From positions 1-55,096 of the IMG/VR virus record IMGVR_UViG_3300029267_003206: a stretch of 55,096 bases of DNA, one strand, 5' to 3'. Position numbers and translations under genes: made by a program. Positions 38,632 to 47,131 of the stretch are shown here, piece after piece. The DNA is from a virus. Its lineage: Duplodnaviria > Caudoviricetes. The notes beneath the pieces were generated by a model. That model was given only the letters and a program-made list of their open reading frames with translations, had not been told where the DNA came from and did no database searches. How positions within the stretch are numbered: position 1 is the first letter of the stretch; each line of letters opens with the position of its first letter.

Positions 38632-40248
38632 TTACCATCTCTTTTTAGCTTTTAATCCATAAGCGCTATTATCATCATCATCTACTATCTCTCTATTCCC
38701 AACTGTTTTCTTACGAGAACCACCTGACTTCTTTAGGCTATGTGAATTGTTCTTCTTATCTTCTCTTTCTTCCACTTCTCCAGGTTTACCCATATCTATA
38801 AAACCATCTGCAGCGTCAAGTGTCAAACGATGACTATCAGGGAAGTCTGACTTATGTTGCATCCCTCTTTTATTCTGATGATCCACCCGTATCTTGTTAC
38901 CTACTTTTCTTCTAACCAGGGCACACATCTGTTTCTCAAACAGATCAACTTCGTCTTTCTTGACATCTGGATATGAATACTGTTTGTTCTGAGTCTTAAG
39001 TTTCATATCAGCAAATGATTGATCACGCAGAGTATCAAGTGTGTTAACCCTAACCAGATTCTCAATACCTGGAATCACAGTTCCATCTGCCAACTCAGTG
39101 TCAACTTCCAGGAAATCATTTAACACTCCACCTGGGGGATTATTTTCTGCCCGAAATTCAACGAAATTAAATCTGGAAGCTGCTAACCGAATATCAATGC
39201 TTTGAACAACATAATCATCCCCCCGCCAGTATTCCCAATAGATAATCTGCCTATCTCGTAGACGCATAACTTCCATAACAGTGCAGTCATTTGATTTGGC
39301 AACATCTAAACCACCTACACAGGGTTCCTCGCAAGAATCTAACCAGGGACCAGATTTACATTTTCTTAATGTCTTCTTATCCATAAAGTCTTGTCCCTCT
39401 GTCACATCCCAAACATGGAAAAACTGTGATTGCATAGCAGGGTGGTCAATTCCATATCTCTTGAAGCGACCAAGAACAAAACGCCTATAATCTTGCGTTC
39501 CTGGTTCAGAGAAACATCTCTCTAAGTCAATGATATGGAAGTCAGGATTTGGAGGAAGACCATTTTCCCTTCTTTCCATCTCATCTGTAACTTCATAATA
39601 TACCCTCCCATGTTCCTTTTCCTCATGTGAAGCTGTGAAAATATATACCATCGTCCCATTTCTTGCTGCTAACTGAGGATCGATGCTCTTTATTATCTTC
39701 CCCTCTGTTATAGATTGAGCTTCCTCAAGAACAGCCAGATCTAAGTCAGGACCTTCTATACATTTAGAAGTTGGAGATGCTGTATGTGTCAAGATATTAG
39801 AACCAGTAGAAAGCTTAATCCATTTGGAGTTATTAATGTCTGCATGAACTCCCAGGATTCCCGTATAGTAGAATGACTCTAATCTCTCTTTTACTTTGTC
39901 TGTGAAAAGTTTAGCAGGGTCATCAGATGGAGCATAGATGCCTACATTGAAGCCATTACGCATATGGGGGTAAAGTTCAGAAAAGAAGATTGGTATGATA
40001 ACACCTAATTGGGTAACTGTTTCTGCCAGCCCCTGGGACTTCCCAGACTGGCGGGGCATCATAATATAAATTACCTTCCCCTGTCTAAGTAAGACGCTTC
40101 TTATAACCTCCCACATCACTTCTACCTGGTAGCTACGTGGGATGAGTCCTGATACAGCCAGAGCCACACGCTTGAAAAGAGAAGGTGTAAATTCCTTCAT
40201 TTTGTAATGAGCAGCAAGTTCTCTGGCAACAACCATATCTGTCTTCAA
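38632..40248 (-). CDS. terL: Terminase large subunit
   Basis: Walker A PRQSGKS; Walker B AVLEEAQ; coupling motif FTA; nuclease GGLDVAKSND...SDFPDS. Confidence 0.93.
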   Translation of the reverse strand: MKTDMVVARELAAHYKMKEFTPSLFKRVALAVSGLIPRSYQVEVMWEVIRSVLLRQGKVIYIMMPRQSGKSQGLAETVTQLGVIIPIFFSELYPHMRNGFNVGIYAPSDDPAKLFTDKVKERLESFYYTGILGVHADINNSKWIKLSTGSNILTHTASPTSKCIEGPDLDLAVLEEAQSITEGKIIKSIDPQLAARNGTMVYIFTASHEEKEHGRVYYEVTDEMERRENGLPPNPDFHIIDLERCFSEPGTQDYRRFVLGRFKRYGIDHPAMQSQFFHVWDVTEGQDFMDKKTLRKCKSGPWLDSCEEPCVGGLDVAKSNDCTVMEVMRLRDRQIIYWEYWRGDDYVVQSIDIRLAASRFNFVEFRAENNPPGGVLNDFLEVDTELADGTVIPGIENLVRVNTLDTLRDQSFADMKLKTQNKQYSYPDVKKDEVDLFEKQMCALVRRKVGNKIRVDHQNKRGMQHKSDFPDSHRLTLDAADGFIDMGKPGEVEEREDKKNNSHSLKKSGGSRKKTVGNREIVDDDDNSAYGLKAKKRW

Positions 40249-41285
40249 GTTGGTCCCCTCCCCTTTCTGCCTTTTGTGCTACTCTTCTCAACCAAGGCAT
40301 CAGAGGTGGGGGAGGATGTTTGAGAATCAGGAGTCCAGGAGAGGTCATATCTTTTTGCCATCTCCTCTTTTTTCTGCTCGAACTCATCCTTTGCTTTTTC
40401 TAAAGCAAGCATATCATTGTTGAGTTCTGTGTCAGCTATCCGTATCTCTAATTCCTTCTCATCCACAGCATCCGAATCCTTGAGATATGATAAATCTAAA
40501 TCTGGTTCAGGGGCTATCCCTGGATGAGATTTAGCCATTCCCTCAGTTGGAACTGAGATATACAGAGGTGACAGTTCATCATCTGACAGGGATTTCACAT
40601 TTGCATCCTGCCTCATTGATTTCCGTTTGACTCCTCTGCCGAAGACTTTATCAAGTGCTTTCAGACGTAATTTCATTATTTCCATATCTTGTCTGTCAGC
40701 CTGAGTCCACCCTTTGAAGGTGGCGAATATCTTAAGATGCTCCATAAACTCATGCTGCCAAAGTTTTAAGTCTTTGGACATCTGCATGAAATCTTTTCTA
40801 TCAACCGCATTGTTTAAATTGAAAGATGGTAGAATACGAGACAGACGTTCAACTATCTTCTTATCCCGGTGGAGGATGTCCCGCATCTCTTCCTCTATCT
40901 TATCCTTCTGCTTCATCTGGGACTTCTCAATGTTGAGTTCAAATACACATATTCCCCATTTATTCTTCCCTTCAGGGCAAGTCCCACGTGCCATACAATT
41001 CGCACATCTGAGAATCTCTGTGTTCAGATATGGTCCCAGTTTTTTCTCACAGGCAGAACAGAAACCAGATGGCCGATTGGTGACATTTTTACAGGTATCA
41101 TGAGCACATTTACGCATCTCATGCTTCACATCATCCAAGGAGGGATCAATCTTCCCCTTCAAGATGCCTTTCTCCTTTAACCTATCTCTCAGTTTCCCAA
41201 TCCCATCTGCTTCAACCTTATCTTCCTGGGTGCGGGGATTATCAGGCATCTCTGATTCTGTCTGAAATTCTTCACCATTAGGCAT
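40245..41285 (-). CDS. Terminase small subunit candidate with Zn-finger N-terminal region
   Basis: Directly upstream of and coupled to terL; Cys clusters followed by helical/coiled-coil region. Confidence 0.55.
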   Translation of the reverse strand: MPNGEEFQTESEMPDNPRTQEDKVEADGIGKLRDRLKEKGILKGKIDPSLDDVKHEMRKCAHDTCKNVTNRPSGFCSACEKKLGPYLNTEILRCANCMARGTCPEGKNKWGICVFELNIEKSQMKQKDKIEEEMRDILHRDKKIVERLSRILPSFNLNNAVDRKDFMQMSKDLKLWQHEFMEHLKIFATFKGWTQADRQDMEIMKLRLKALDKVFGRGVKRKSMRQDANVKSLSDDELSPLYISVPTEGMAKSHPGIAPEPDLDLSYLKDSDAVDEKELEIRIADTELNNDMLALEKAKDEFEQKKEEMAKRYDLSWTPDSQTSSPTSDALVEKSSTKGRKGRGPT

Positions 41286-41306
41286 TGTTTGAACTATATC
41301 CTTGCC

Positions 41307-41330
41307 CCTATATATACATATTGATATAAG
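41307..41330 (-). promoter_or_regulatory. TATA-like promoter for the packaging operon (probably leaderless transcript)
   Basis: Minus strand tatgtatatatagg about 25 nt before the ATG; no SD sequence. Confidence 0.45.
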
Positions 41331-41847
41331 TCTTTGAAGAATAGTATATGGTGTAGCAGAGGGCGGATCAGGGGGCTATTTTGGGGCACAAAGGTATATA
41401 GTTAGTTATATGTCTGTTTCCTTTTGACCTTCTTAGATACCTCAGCCCCCCTATGTAGTATATATAGTTTTCCCTATATTCCTTCAAATTGGGTCCGATT
41501 TGATTTTTCTCTGGCAGATTGTAGTATTCTTAGAGAGGAATATAAGGTGTTTCAGCATATTCACGTAGATTAACGCCGTTAATATAGATAAGTATATATA
41601 GAAGGAGAGAGATGAAGAGGGGCCTTACGCATCTGAAACAAGGAAAAGGAAACAGATGGTTATACGGTTATATACCTTTGTGCCCTATCTAAACTTTTCC
41701 GATCCATCTGCTCCGAAATTTTTTCCCATTTCTGCTTATTTACGTATCTGTTCTGATAGAAAGTAAACCCAGAATCCTTTGATTTTGCGAGTGTATACAG
41801 GTTGATATATAATAAAGGTGTATGCGTAACATTATCTATTCGTTTAC

Positions 41848-42000
41848 TTAACTCTGCTAACTCTGTAAACATCCTCACGTAACTCTATTTACTCTGTTAA
41901 CTACTATACACCATACAATACTGTAGAGTCTACAATACTTAGTAATACTAAGTGGTTAGCATCTCTAAGGCATTAGCATACCTAAGAGGTTAGCATAACC
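41848..42000. repeat. Iteron-like short repeats and palindromes (candidate origin or pac region)
   Basis: 9-nt-period T(A/T)ACTCT units; palindromes tgtaga-g-tctaca and acttagta-a-tactaagt; ttagcat three times. Confidence 0.5.
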
Positions 42001-42045
42001 AAATTTGTCATACTCATTACAAAAATATGGTCAATTCCACTTGAC

Positions 42046-42062
42046 CACAACATTTATATACT
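42046..42062 (+). promoter_or_regulatory. Archaeal TATA promoter P1
   Basis: TTTATATA at 42053-42060, about 22 nt before the GC-rich structured region. Confidence 0.7.
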
Positions 42063-42081
42063 TAAAACCCCTACTCATATT

Positions 42082-42465
42082 GCCGGTGGCCCATCCGGGC
42101 GGGCGGGCTTCGAGCCTTCCCCCGGAACCCACCTAAGGCCAGACGAAAGTCTCAGCAGAGAAGTCCAAGGCGGACTAAAGCCAAAACCTGAACGGCATAC
42201 CGAAGGTGTGAGAGTTCGAAGGTGCTAAGTGCTAACAAGGCATCTTTTAACCGTAGCATCCAATCGTTCCAGTATGCCAGATGGAGGGAAGCAACCCCAT
42301 TGTAGCGGATGGGTTTACCTTACGCAAGATGTCAGAGGTGGCATAATAAGAATACCTAAGCTCAGCGACAGCAGATATATTGCTCTGTCTGCCAAAGTTG
42401 TTCCTTTCGGGGGAAGTGCTCTGTAATTGAGCATACAATTGAATGGGCATTTCCCCCATTTTTTT
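42082..42465 (+). ncRNA. Large structured non-coding RNA of unknown class (about 380 nt)
   Basis: Own TATA box and 3' U7 tract; GC-rich hairpins with GAAA and UUCG loops; nested long-range helices. Confidence 0.65.
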
Positions 42466-42550
42466 CTATTCAACATTAACAGGCAGATTCAGGCCGGTGC
42501 ATTACACTTGTAAGTCCTGATTCTGTCTGGTGTATGAAAGGAGGAATGAT

Positions 42551-42706
42551 ATGCAAGTGATTGTTAAGATTAGCAGACACGAAGAGATTCATATGACGAA
42601 GGTTAAGTCTATAAGGAATCTTGGCGGATTGTTCAGACTCATAACGAAAGAAGATGAAGAGTTATTTCTCAAGCCTAATACTCTTATGGCCATCGAGGAT
42701 GATTGA
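42551..42706 (+). CDS. Small hypothetical protein (51 aa, not in track)
   Basis: AAGGAGG RBS; MQVIVKISRHEE... Confidence 0.6.
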   Translation: MQVIVKISRHEEIHMTKVKSIRNLGGLFRLITKEDEELFLKPNTLMAIEDD

Positions 42707-42937
42707 TATGACAGATGATCAAATAGCTAACCTGTGTATCAGGGGTGATGTCTACTTAATAAGCATCAAATATCACTCAACCAGAGTCAAGGACTATCTG
42801 TAGGAACACAGCAGATAGTAGATAGGATGTCTAACCATTGATTTTCAGTTCACACCTGCCCCATATAATGCATACTGAGGGCATAATGACCACCTTAACA
42901 CAAAGGTGGATAGGTGTAATTTAAGGAGGACAAGCAG

Positions 42938-43156
42938 ATGAACATACAACAGGCAAAGAGATTGAAGAAAGGCCAGGTTATAGAACACAAAATCTGGAAG
43001 AATGCGGATGGGACACGTCAAAGATGGAAAGTAACATCTATCAAGACCTGGAAGACCAGGGAAGATGTAGAAGTCCATTTGAAGAGAGGGCTTTACGAAT
43101 TCTACATACTTTATGCATCAGATATGGATAACTTCGTAGTTCCACGAAGAGTTTAA
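42938..43156 (+). CDS. Small SH3-like viral protein
   Basis: QAKRLKKG...KNADGTRQRWKV...KTWKT...LKRGLY; TAAGGAGG RBS. Confidence 0.7.
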   Translation: MNIQQAKRLKKGQVIEHKIWKNADGTRQRWKVTSIKTWKTREDVEVHLKRGLYEFYILYASDMDNFVVPRRV

Positions 43157-43192
43157 GCAGATACGGAATAAGCAGAGACAATTGAGGTTGAT

Positions 43193-43208
43193 CGAAACCT
43201 TTATATAC
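43193..43208 (+). promoter_or_regulatory. Archaeal BRE+TATA promoter P2
   Basis: cgaaaccTTTATATAc. Confidence 0.7.
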
Positions 43209-43272
43209 TTATACCTCAATGTCTGTTATGGTCACACACCGTAAAACGTGACATATTAAGGAGGACAAACAG

Positions 43273-43806
43273 ATGCCAACACTTGCAGACAAAATATCGG
43301 CCATTAAGAAGGCTAGAGCAGAGTCAGCCACCACGCCTGGGAAGAGTGGGAAATTACCAAAGAAGCGAAAGGGGAAGAGGTTAATTCCTCTTTTCAAGGA
43401 GTATTCAGACTACGTTCCCTCTGAAGCACCGTCATTAAGAGGGAGTTGCGAAGACTTCTTGAGAACCTTCAGCCCTGAGATGTCGATGACCCAACAGATG
43501 GTCTTCGATGGGAAGGCTAAGCATTTCGAAGGTTCAACTTCACTCATCGTGAAGACCCTAACAGACCTTTATGAATCAGGTCTACTTTTCCCCAACTGGC
43601 CCAAGAAGGCCACGATCCCCCCTATAGCATATTATATGCTAACAGCATCCCTGAAGTGGGATGAGAAGGTTGAGAAAGAGATTCTTCCAGACCTTCTTGA
43701 ACTGGGTATCTCATTTGAGAAGATAGAAAGACCTGTCTTCGAGAAGCCCCCAGTTGCAGGGGAAGCAGAGGAAGCAGAACCAGATGAAGATGAAGATGAA
43801 GAGTAA
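43273..43806 (+). CDS. Early protein A (basic N-terminal helix, acidic tail)
   Basis: TAAGGAGG RBS; first gene after P2; N-terminus resembles 48324..48623. Confidence 0.8.
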   Translation: MPTLADKISAIKKARAESATTPGKSGKLPKKRKGKRLIPLFKEYSDYVPSEAPSLRGSCEDFLRTFSPEMSMTQQMVFDGKAKHFEGSTSLIVKTLTDLYESGLLFPNWPKKATIPPIAYYMLTASLKWDEKVEKEILPDLLELGISFEKIERPVFEKPPVAGEAEEAEPDEDEDEE

Positions 43807-43834
43807 TCTCCATCCGGTTTGGCTCTACTCGAAG

Positions 43835-43931
43835 GTTGTTTAAGCATCCAGAACCGAATCGGTATGGGCTTGTTGAACCACTGGATTTTAAACAACGGGG
43901 CATATCAGTTTAGAGATAAACGGTATGCCCC
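43835..43931 (+). ncRNA. Structured RNA element (three-way junction plus GNRA hairpin)
   Basis: gttgtttaa/ttaaacaac, atccag/ctggat, accg/cggt, ggggcata/tatgcccc, gttta-GAGA-taaac. Confidence 0.5.
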
Positions 43932-44102
43932 CATATGCTTCAATACATCCACATATTACGTTCATTTATCATATAGGTTGGTAATTAGTATTTTTAGGTG
44001 GAAAGGTATACAACTATCTATCCATCTGTTTCCTTTTTTAAGGAATAAAAACAACGGAGGACATATATATGACAGCTAAGGTGATGGGTAAGGAGGGTTG
44101 GC

Positions 44103-44867
44103 TTGTCTGATAGCCAATCCACCTATGCAAAGGCTTTGATAAGAAAAGCAATTGAAAGAAGAGAAGCAAAGAAAGAAGCTAAACGGAGAAAACATAAAGG
44201 GAAGATATCAGAGCCGGAACACTATGTAAAACCAACAGACAAGATAAGATGCCGTAATCCATTATGCCAATTCAAAGAGCATTTTGGATATCCAGCAGAT
44301 TGGCCTGGCATCTTCACGGCCTTCTGTCCATTTTGTGGACAGTTAGGGAGAATCATAGTAGAAGGGGAACCAATTAGAGTTAATTGGGAAGACCCCAAGA
44401 CTCAAGAGCAGATATGGGCATATACAAATAACGGCTTCGTAAGGAGTCCCGATGCTCCAATTGACCCATATAAATATGTAGACAGATTCAGAGAATGGAG
44501 CAGGAAAAGGTCAGAGGAACTTCAACCAGATTATATCTGGTATGCCTATACCGATTCAGAAAAGGCAATTGAGAAAACAGTTGCCAGTATAGATATGGTA
44601 AAGATGGCAGAAGCTGGATTTCCAGAACCGATGAACTGTAATCCACTCATCTGTTCATTCAAGGGGCGTTCCTGCTTTGTAGGATATTCTGAAGGTGGAG
44701 CGAAAGAGGGAAGATGTCGATTAGGGATGATGCTTTGTGGTGTTACCCCAACATCCCAAAGGATGAGGATGAGAAGTGGGGAAGTGCAGAGAGTCAGGAG
44801 AGAAAAGGTTAAGGCCAGATTACGATTAAAGCAGAAGTTGAAAGGAATTGGAGGGGGGATTATATGA
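44103..44867 (+). CDS. Zn-finger hypothetical protein
   Basis: CRNPLC...CPFC plus a second Cys cluster; GGAGG RBS with TTG start. Confidence 0.7.
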   Translation: MSDSQSTYAKALIRKAIERREAKKEAKRRKHKGKISEPEHYVKPTDKIRCRNPLCQFKEHFGYPADWPGIFTAFCPFCGQLGRIIVEGEPIRVNWEDPKTQEQIWAYTNNGFVRSPDAPIDPYKYVDRFREWSRKRSEELQPDYIWYAYTDSEKAIEKTVASIDMVKMAEAGFPEPMNCNPLICSFKGRSCFVGYSEGGAKEGRCRLGMMLCGVTPTSQRMRMRSGEVQRVRREKVKARLRLKQKLKGIGGGII

Positions 44868-45306
44868 AGGAGTGGACGGGATGATAAAAATTCTAACTGC
44901 TATAGCATCCAAAGAATCTTTATCATGTTTAGATGATGAACCCGTAGTATTTGGGCCGGATTGTGGATGTTCAGAATGTGAGTGTGGATGTAGAAATAGG
45001 ATGGTGGGCCTGAAAACATACCACAATTCCACACTATTCAAAGTCCAAGAAGTTGATATCACTTGCTCATACTATGAGAAGCAGATATTTGATTACCTCT
45101 GCTACATAGGAATGAATGAAATAACAACACTAACAGAGATATCATCCTTAGCTCATAAGATGGCAGATGATATATTCTACATCACGAACCAAATGCAAAT
45201 TGGAGACATTGTAGAGAGAGAAGATGAAGTCTTCACAGTCATACGGAATACTAAAGCAGATATTAGAGAGCGATTAAAGTTAAAGCTCTCTGGGGGGAAA
45301 GGATAA
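44848..45306 (+). CDS. Cys-containing hypothetical protein (start probably 44881)
   Basis: CGCSECECGC; operon position. Confidence 0.6.
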   Translation: MEGGLYEGVDGMIKILTAIASKESLSCLDDEPVVFGPDCGCSECECGCRNRMVGLKTYHNSTLFKVQEVDITCSYYEKQIFDYLCYIGMNEITTLTEISSLAHKMADDIFYITNQMQIGDIVEREDEVFTVIRNTKADIRERLKLKLSGGKG

Positions 45307-45324
45307 TGTTAATGATGCTAACCA

Positions 45325-45600
45325 TACTATATCCCATTGAGATGTTTATTTCTATGGGATGTAGTGATCCAAACAACTGTGTAGATGTGAATGAGAAATC
45401 TGTTCAACAAGCAGATGACCCAGGCATATCGTATGGGATTCCGTCTTCCAGACCACCGTAGGATTCCCCCTCTGCCAAATTGGTTAAGTCTAACCGTTAA
45501 AAGGTGGAGGGGGAATACTGAGGGAATCAAGCATACACAGTTGAGAATCAAGGGGGGCATCGCAAATGTCTATAAGAGATTATAGACACCAAAGCCCCCC
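45325..45600 (+). ncRNA. Multibranch structured ncRNA upstream of the tRNA-like gene
   Basis: 13-bp hairpin 45325-45366; 10-bp closing stem caactgtgta/tacacagttg (45374-45543) enclosing a 14-bp stem; ggggggc/gcccccc hairpin with tgtctataa-GAGA-ttatagaca. Confidence 0.65.
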
Positions 45601-45618
45601 ACCATCTTCTTTCACAAT

Positions 45619-45688
45619 AGCCGGATGGTATAATGGCAACGCATCCCCATTGGTGGGGAAGCTGATGGTTCAAATCCATCTCTGGCTA
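45619..45688 (+). tRNA. tRNA-like gene (Gln-like, aberrant anticodon loop; no CCA encoded)
   Basis: Acceptor AGCCGGA/TCTGGCT plus A; D-loop AATGG; T-arm GATGG-TTCAAAT-CCATC; anticodon arm TCCCC-ATTGGT-GGGGA has a 6-nt loop. Confidence 0.7.
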
Positions 45689-45993
45689 CTATAAATAAAA
45701 TGGAGGCAAAACAATATGACGGCAAATGAAGAACAGGCAGAAAGAGAACATAGAGAACGGATGATTAGTGCACTTGGAAGCCTGATCCTCCAGTTGGAGG
45801 TAATACGAATGAATCTGCAGAAAAAGATAGATGCTTCTACAGATGCCCATACCAAAGAGGTAGATATAAATGAAAGCTAAAAAATCTAACTCCGGTAAAT
45901 CTGTTTACATCAATCAGATACACGGCTCACCATCTCCAGAATACATACTGCAAGAGAATATAGATGGTGTTATAGTCAGAGTGAAAGGGCGGT

Positions 45994-46176
45994 ATGGGAC
46001 AACCACATTTCCAGCAGAGGTGTGAACTGCGTATGACTCTTGAAGCGATTCTAAGGGAAGCAGTTATGGAAAGTATTATAACCTGCCCTGAATGCGGAAA
46101 CAGACTTGAACCGGATGCAGAGACATGTGGCGAATGTGGATGGTCGAATCCCCTTATAGCTATGGGGATGATTTAA
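45994..46176 (+). CDS. Small double-CxxC Zn-ribbon protein
   Basis: CPECGNRLEPDAETCGECGW; start probably 46033. Confidence 0.7.
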   Translation: MGQPHFQQRCELRMTLEAILREAVMESIITCPECGNRLEPDAETCGECGWSNPLIAMGMI

Positions 46177-46454
46177 TGCGAGAAGAGAAAGAAGAGAAAC
46201 TGAGGCAGATGGTAAAAGACTTATCTAACATCTGCAACGGAGCATCTTCACAACAGGATAAGATAGCTGACATCTTGTTCAAGCAGTTTATGGTTGAGCA
46301 TAACACACTTGAACAGTGTATGCTTGGAGTCATACAGAAGTTCATCTGCAAGATTGCCAGTCATCCATACTATTCGGTTGATGGTAGGAATGAAGATTCA
46401 TACCACTGGGCAAAGAATGTAGCAGAGATAGATGCAAGGTTTCCCTTCATCTGA
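46176..46454 (+). CDS. Hypothetical protein
   Basis: TAATG coupling; HNTLEQ...DGRNEDS...FPFI. Confidence 0.7.
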   Translation: MREEKEEKLRQMVKDLSNICNGASSQQDKIADILFKQFMVEHNTLEQCMLGVIQKFICKIASHPYYSVDGRNEDSYHWAKNVAEIDARFPFI

Positions 46455-46674
46455 GGCGATTGACATGAGTGTGATAAAGAACAGAGAAAAAAGAGAAATG
46501 AACTCTGTCAATTGGCATACTGGTAAAGGGTTCTATCTATCATCTAAACAGGACTTCATAGATGACATCGATGATTTAATCAGAGAAATGAATCTAAGCA
46601 TCAACAAAACATTGAAGTGGAGATATATACACAAACAGATGATAGACTTAAAAAGAAGTCTGGAGGAATTATAG
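46432..46674 (+). CDS. Hypothetical protein
   Basis: Operon packing; start probably 46465. Confidence 0.55.
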   Translation: MQGFPSSEAIDMSVIKNREKREMNSVNWHTGKGFYLSSKQDFIDDIDDLIREMNLSINKTLKWRYIHKQMIDLKRSLEEL

Positions 46675-46995
46675 ATGACGGAGAAAACATATGTTGCAAT
46701 GATGGTCTGTCCAATCTGCATGAAAGCTACTGGCATCGCATTGGATACCAGATTGAAGGAACGGTTTGAATATGGCAAGAAGATTCTAGACAATTCAGTA
46801 TGCCCAGAATGTGAAGAGAAGTATCTGCGAGAAGGTGTTTTACTCATAGATTTCTCAAATGGGAGTCTGGTTGTTATGAAAGATGAAGCCTTCTTACGTC
46901 TGACAGACAACAAGATGAAGATTCCACCAAATAGAATCATTGAAACACCATATCATATTATCAAATGCATTCAGGATGCGATACAAAATGTTTAG
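46675..46995 (+). CDS. Zn-finger protein
   Basis: CPIC...CPEC; GGAGG RBS. Confidence 0.7.
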   Translation: MTEKTYVAMMVCPICMKATGIALDTRLKERFEYGKKILDNSVCPECEEKYLREGVLLIDFSNGSLVVMKDEAFLRLTDNKMKIPPNRIIETPYHIIKCIQDAIQNV

Positions 46996-47131
46996 AGAAT
47001 CCAGATATATACAACTCGAACACAAATGCGAAAGGGAGATATACACAAGAACCTTTCAGGTTGAGAAGAGCATCGCATCAACGGGCATCAAATTCTACTG
47101 CCCATACTGTGGGGTGACGATAGATGGATGA
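46940..47131 (+). CDS. Small Zn-ribbon protein
   Basis: HKC...YCPYCG; start probably 46988. Confidence 0.55.
   Translation: MKHHIILSNAFRMRYKMFRESRYIQLEHKCEREIYTRTFQVEKSIASTGIKFYCPYCGVTIDG

Noticed and set aside
33268-40248. Inteins or introns explaining the long protease, portal or terminase ORFs
   Set aside because: No intein C/S...HN-C/S/T junctions or LAGLIDADG motifs seen; extra length is explained by other domains
11598-41285. Numerous plus-strand ORFs within the structural arm, and minus-strand ORFs within the early arm
   Set aside because: Antisense shadows (Ser/Phe/Leu-rich) of longer RBS-bearing genes
41848-42000. Mini-CRISPR or TIGR-like array
   Set aside because: Repeats are only 7-9 nt and degenerate, with no constant repeat-spacer period; no Cas or Nop-domain protein recognised
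42274-42297. SRP RNA helix 8 (gccag...ggagggaagcaacc)
   Set aside because: The GNRA-capped stem between the conserved internal-loop halves cannot form
42229-42459. ORFs 42229..42426 (+) and 42247..42459 (-)
   Set aside because: No convincing RBS or protein-like features; they overlap the structured RNA
42150-42465. RNase P RNA (gagaagtcc resembles GAGGAAAGUCC)
   Set aside because: No matching 3' CR-V/P4 partner or terminal P1 helix found; agtcc pairs locally with ggact
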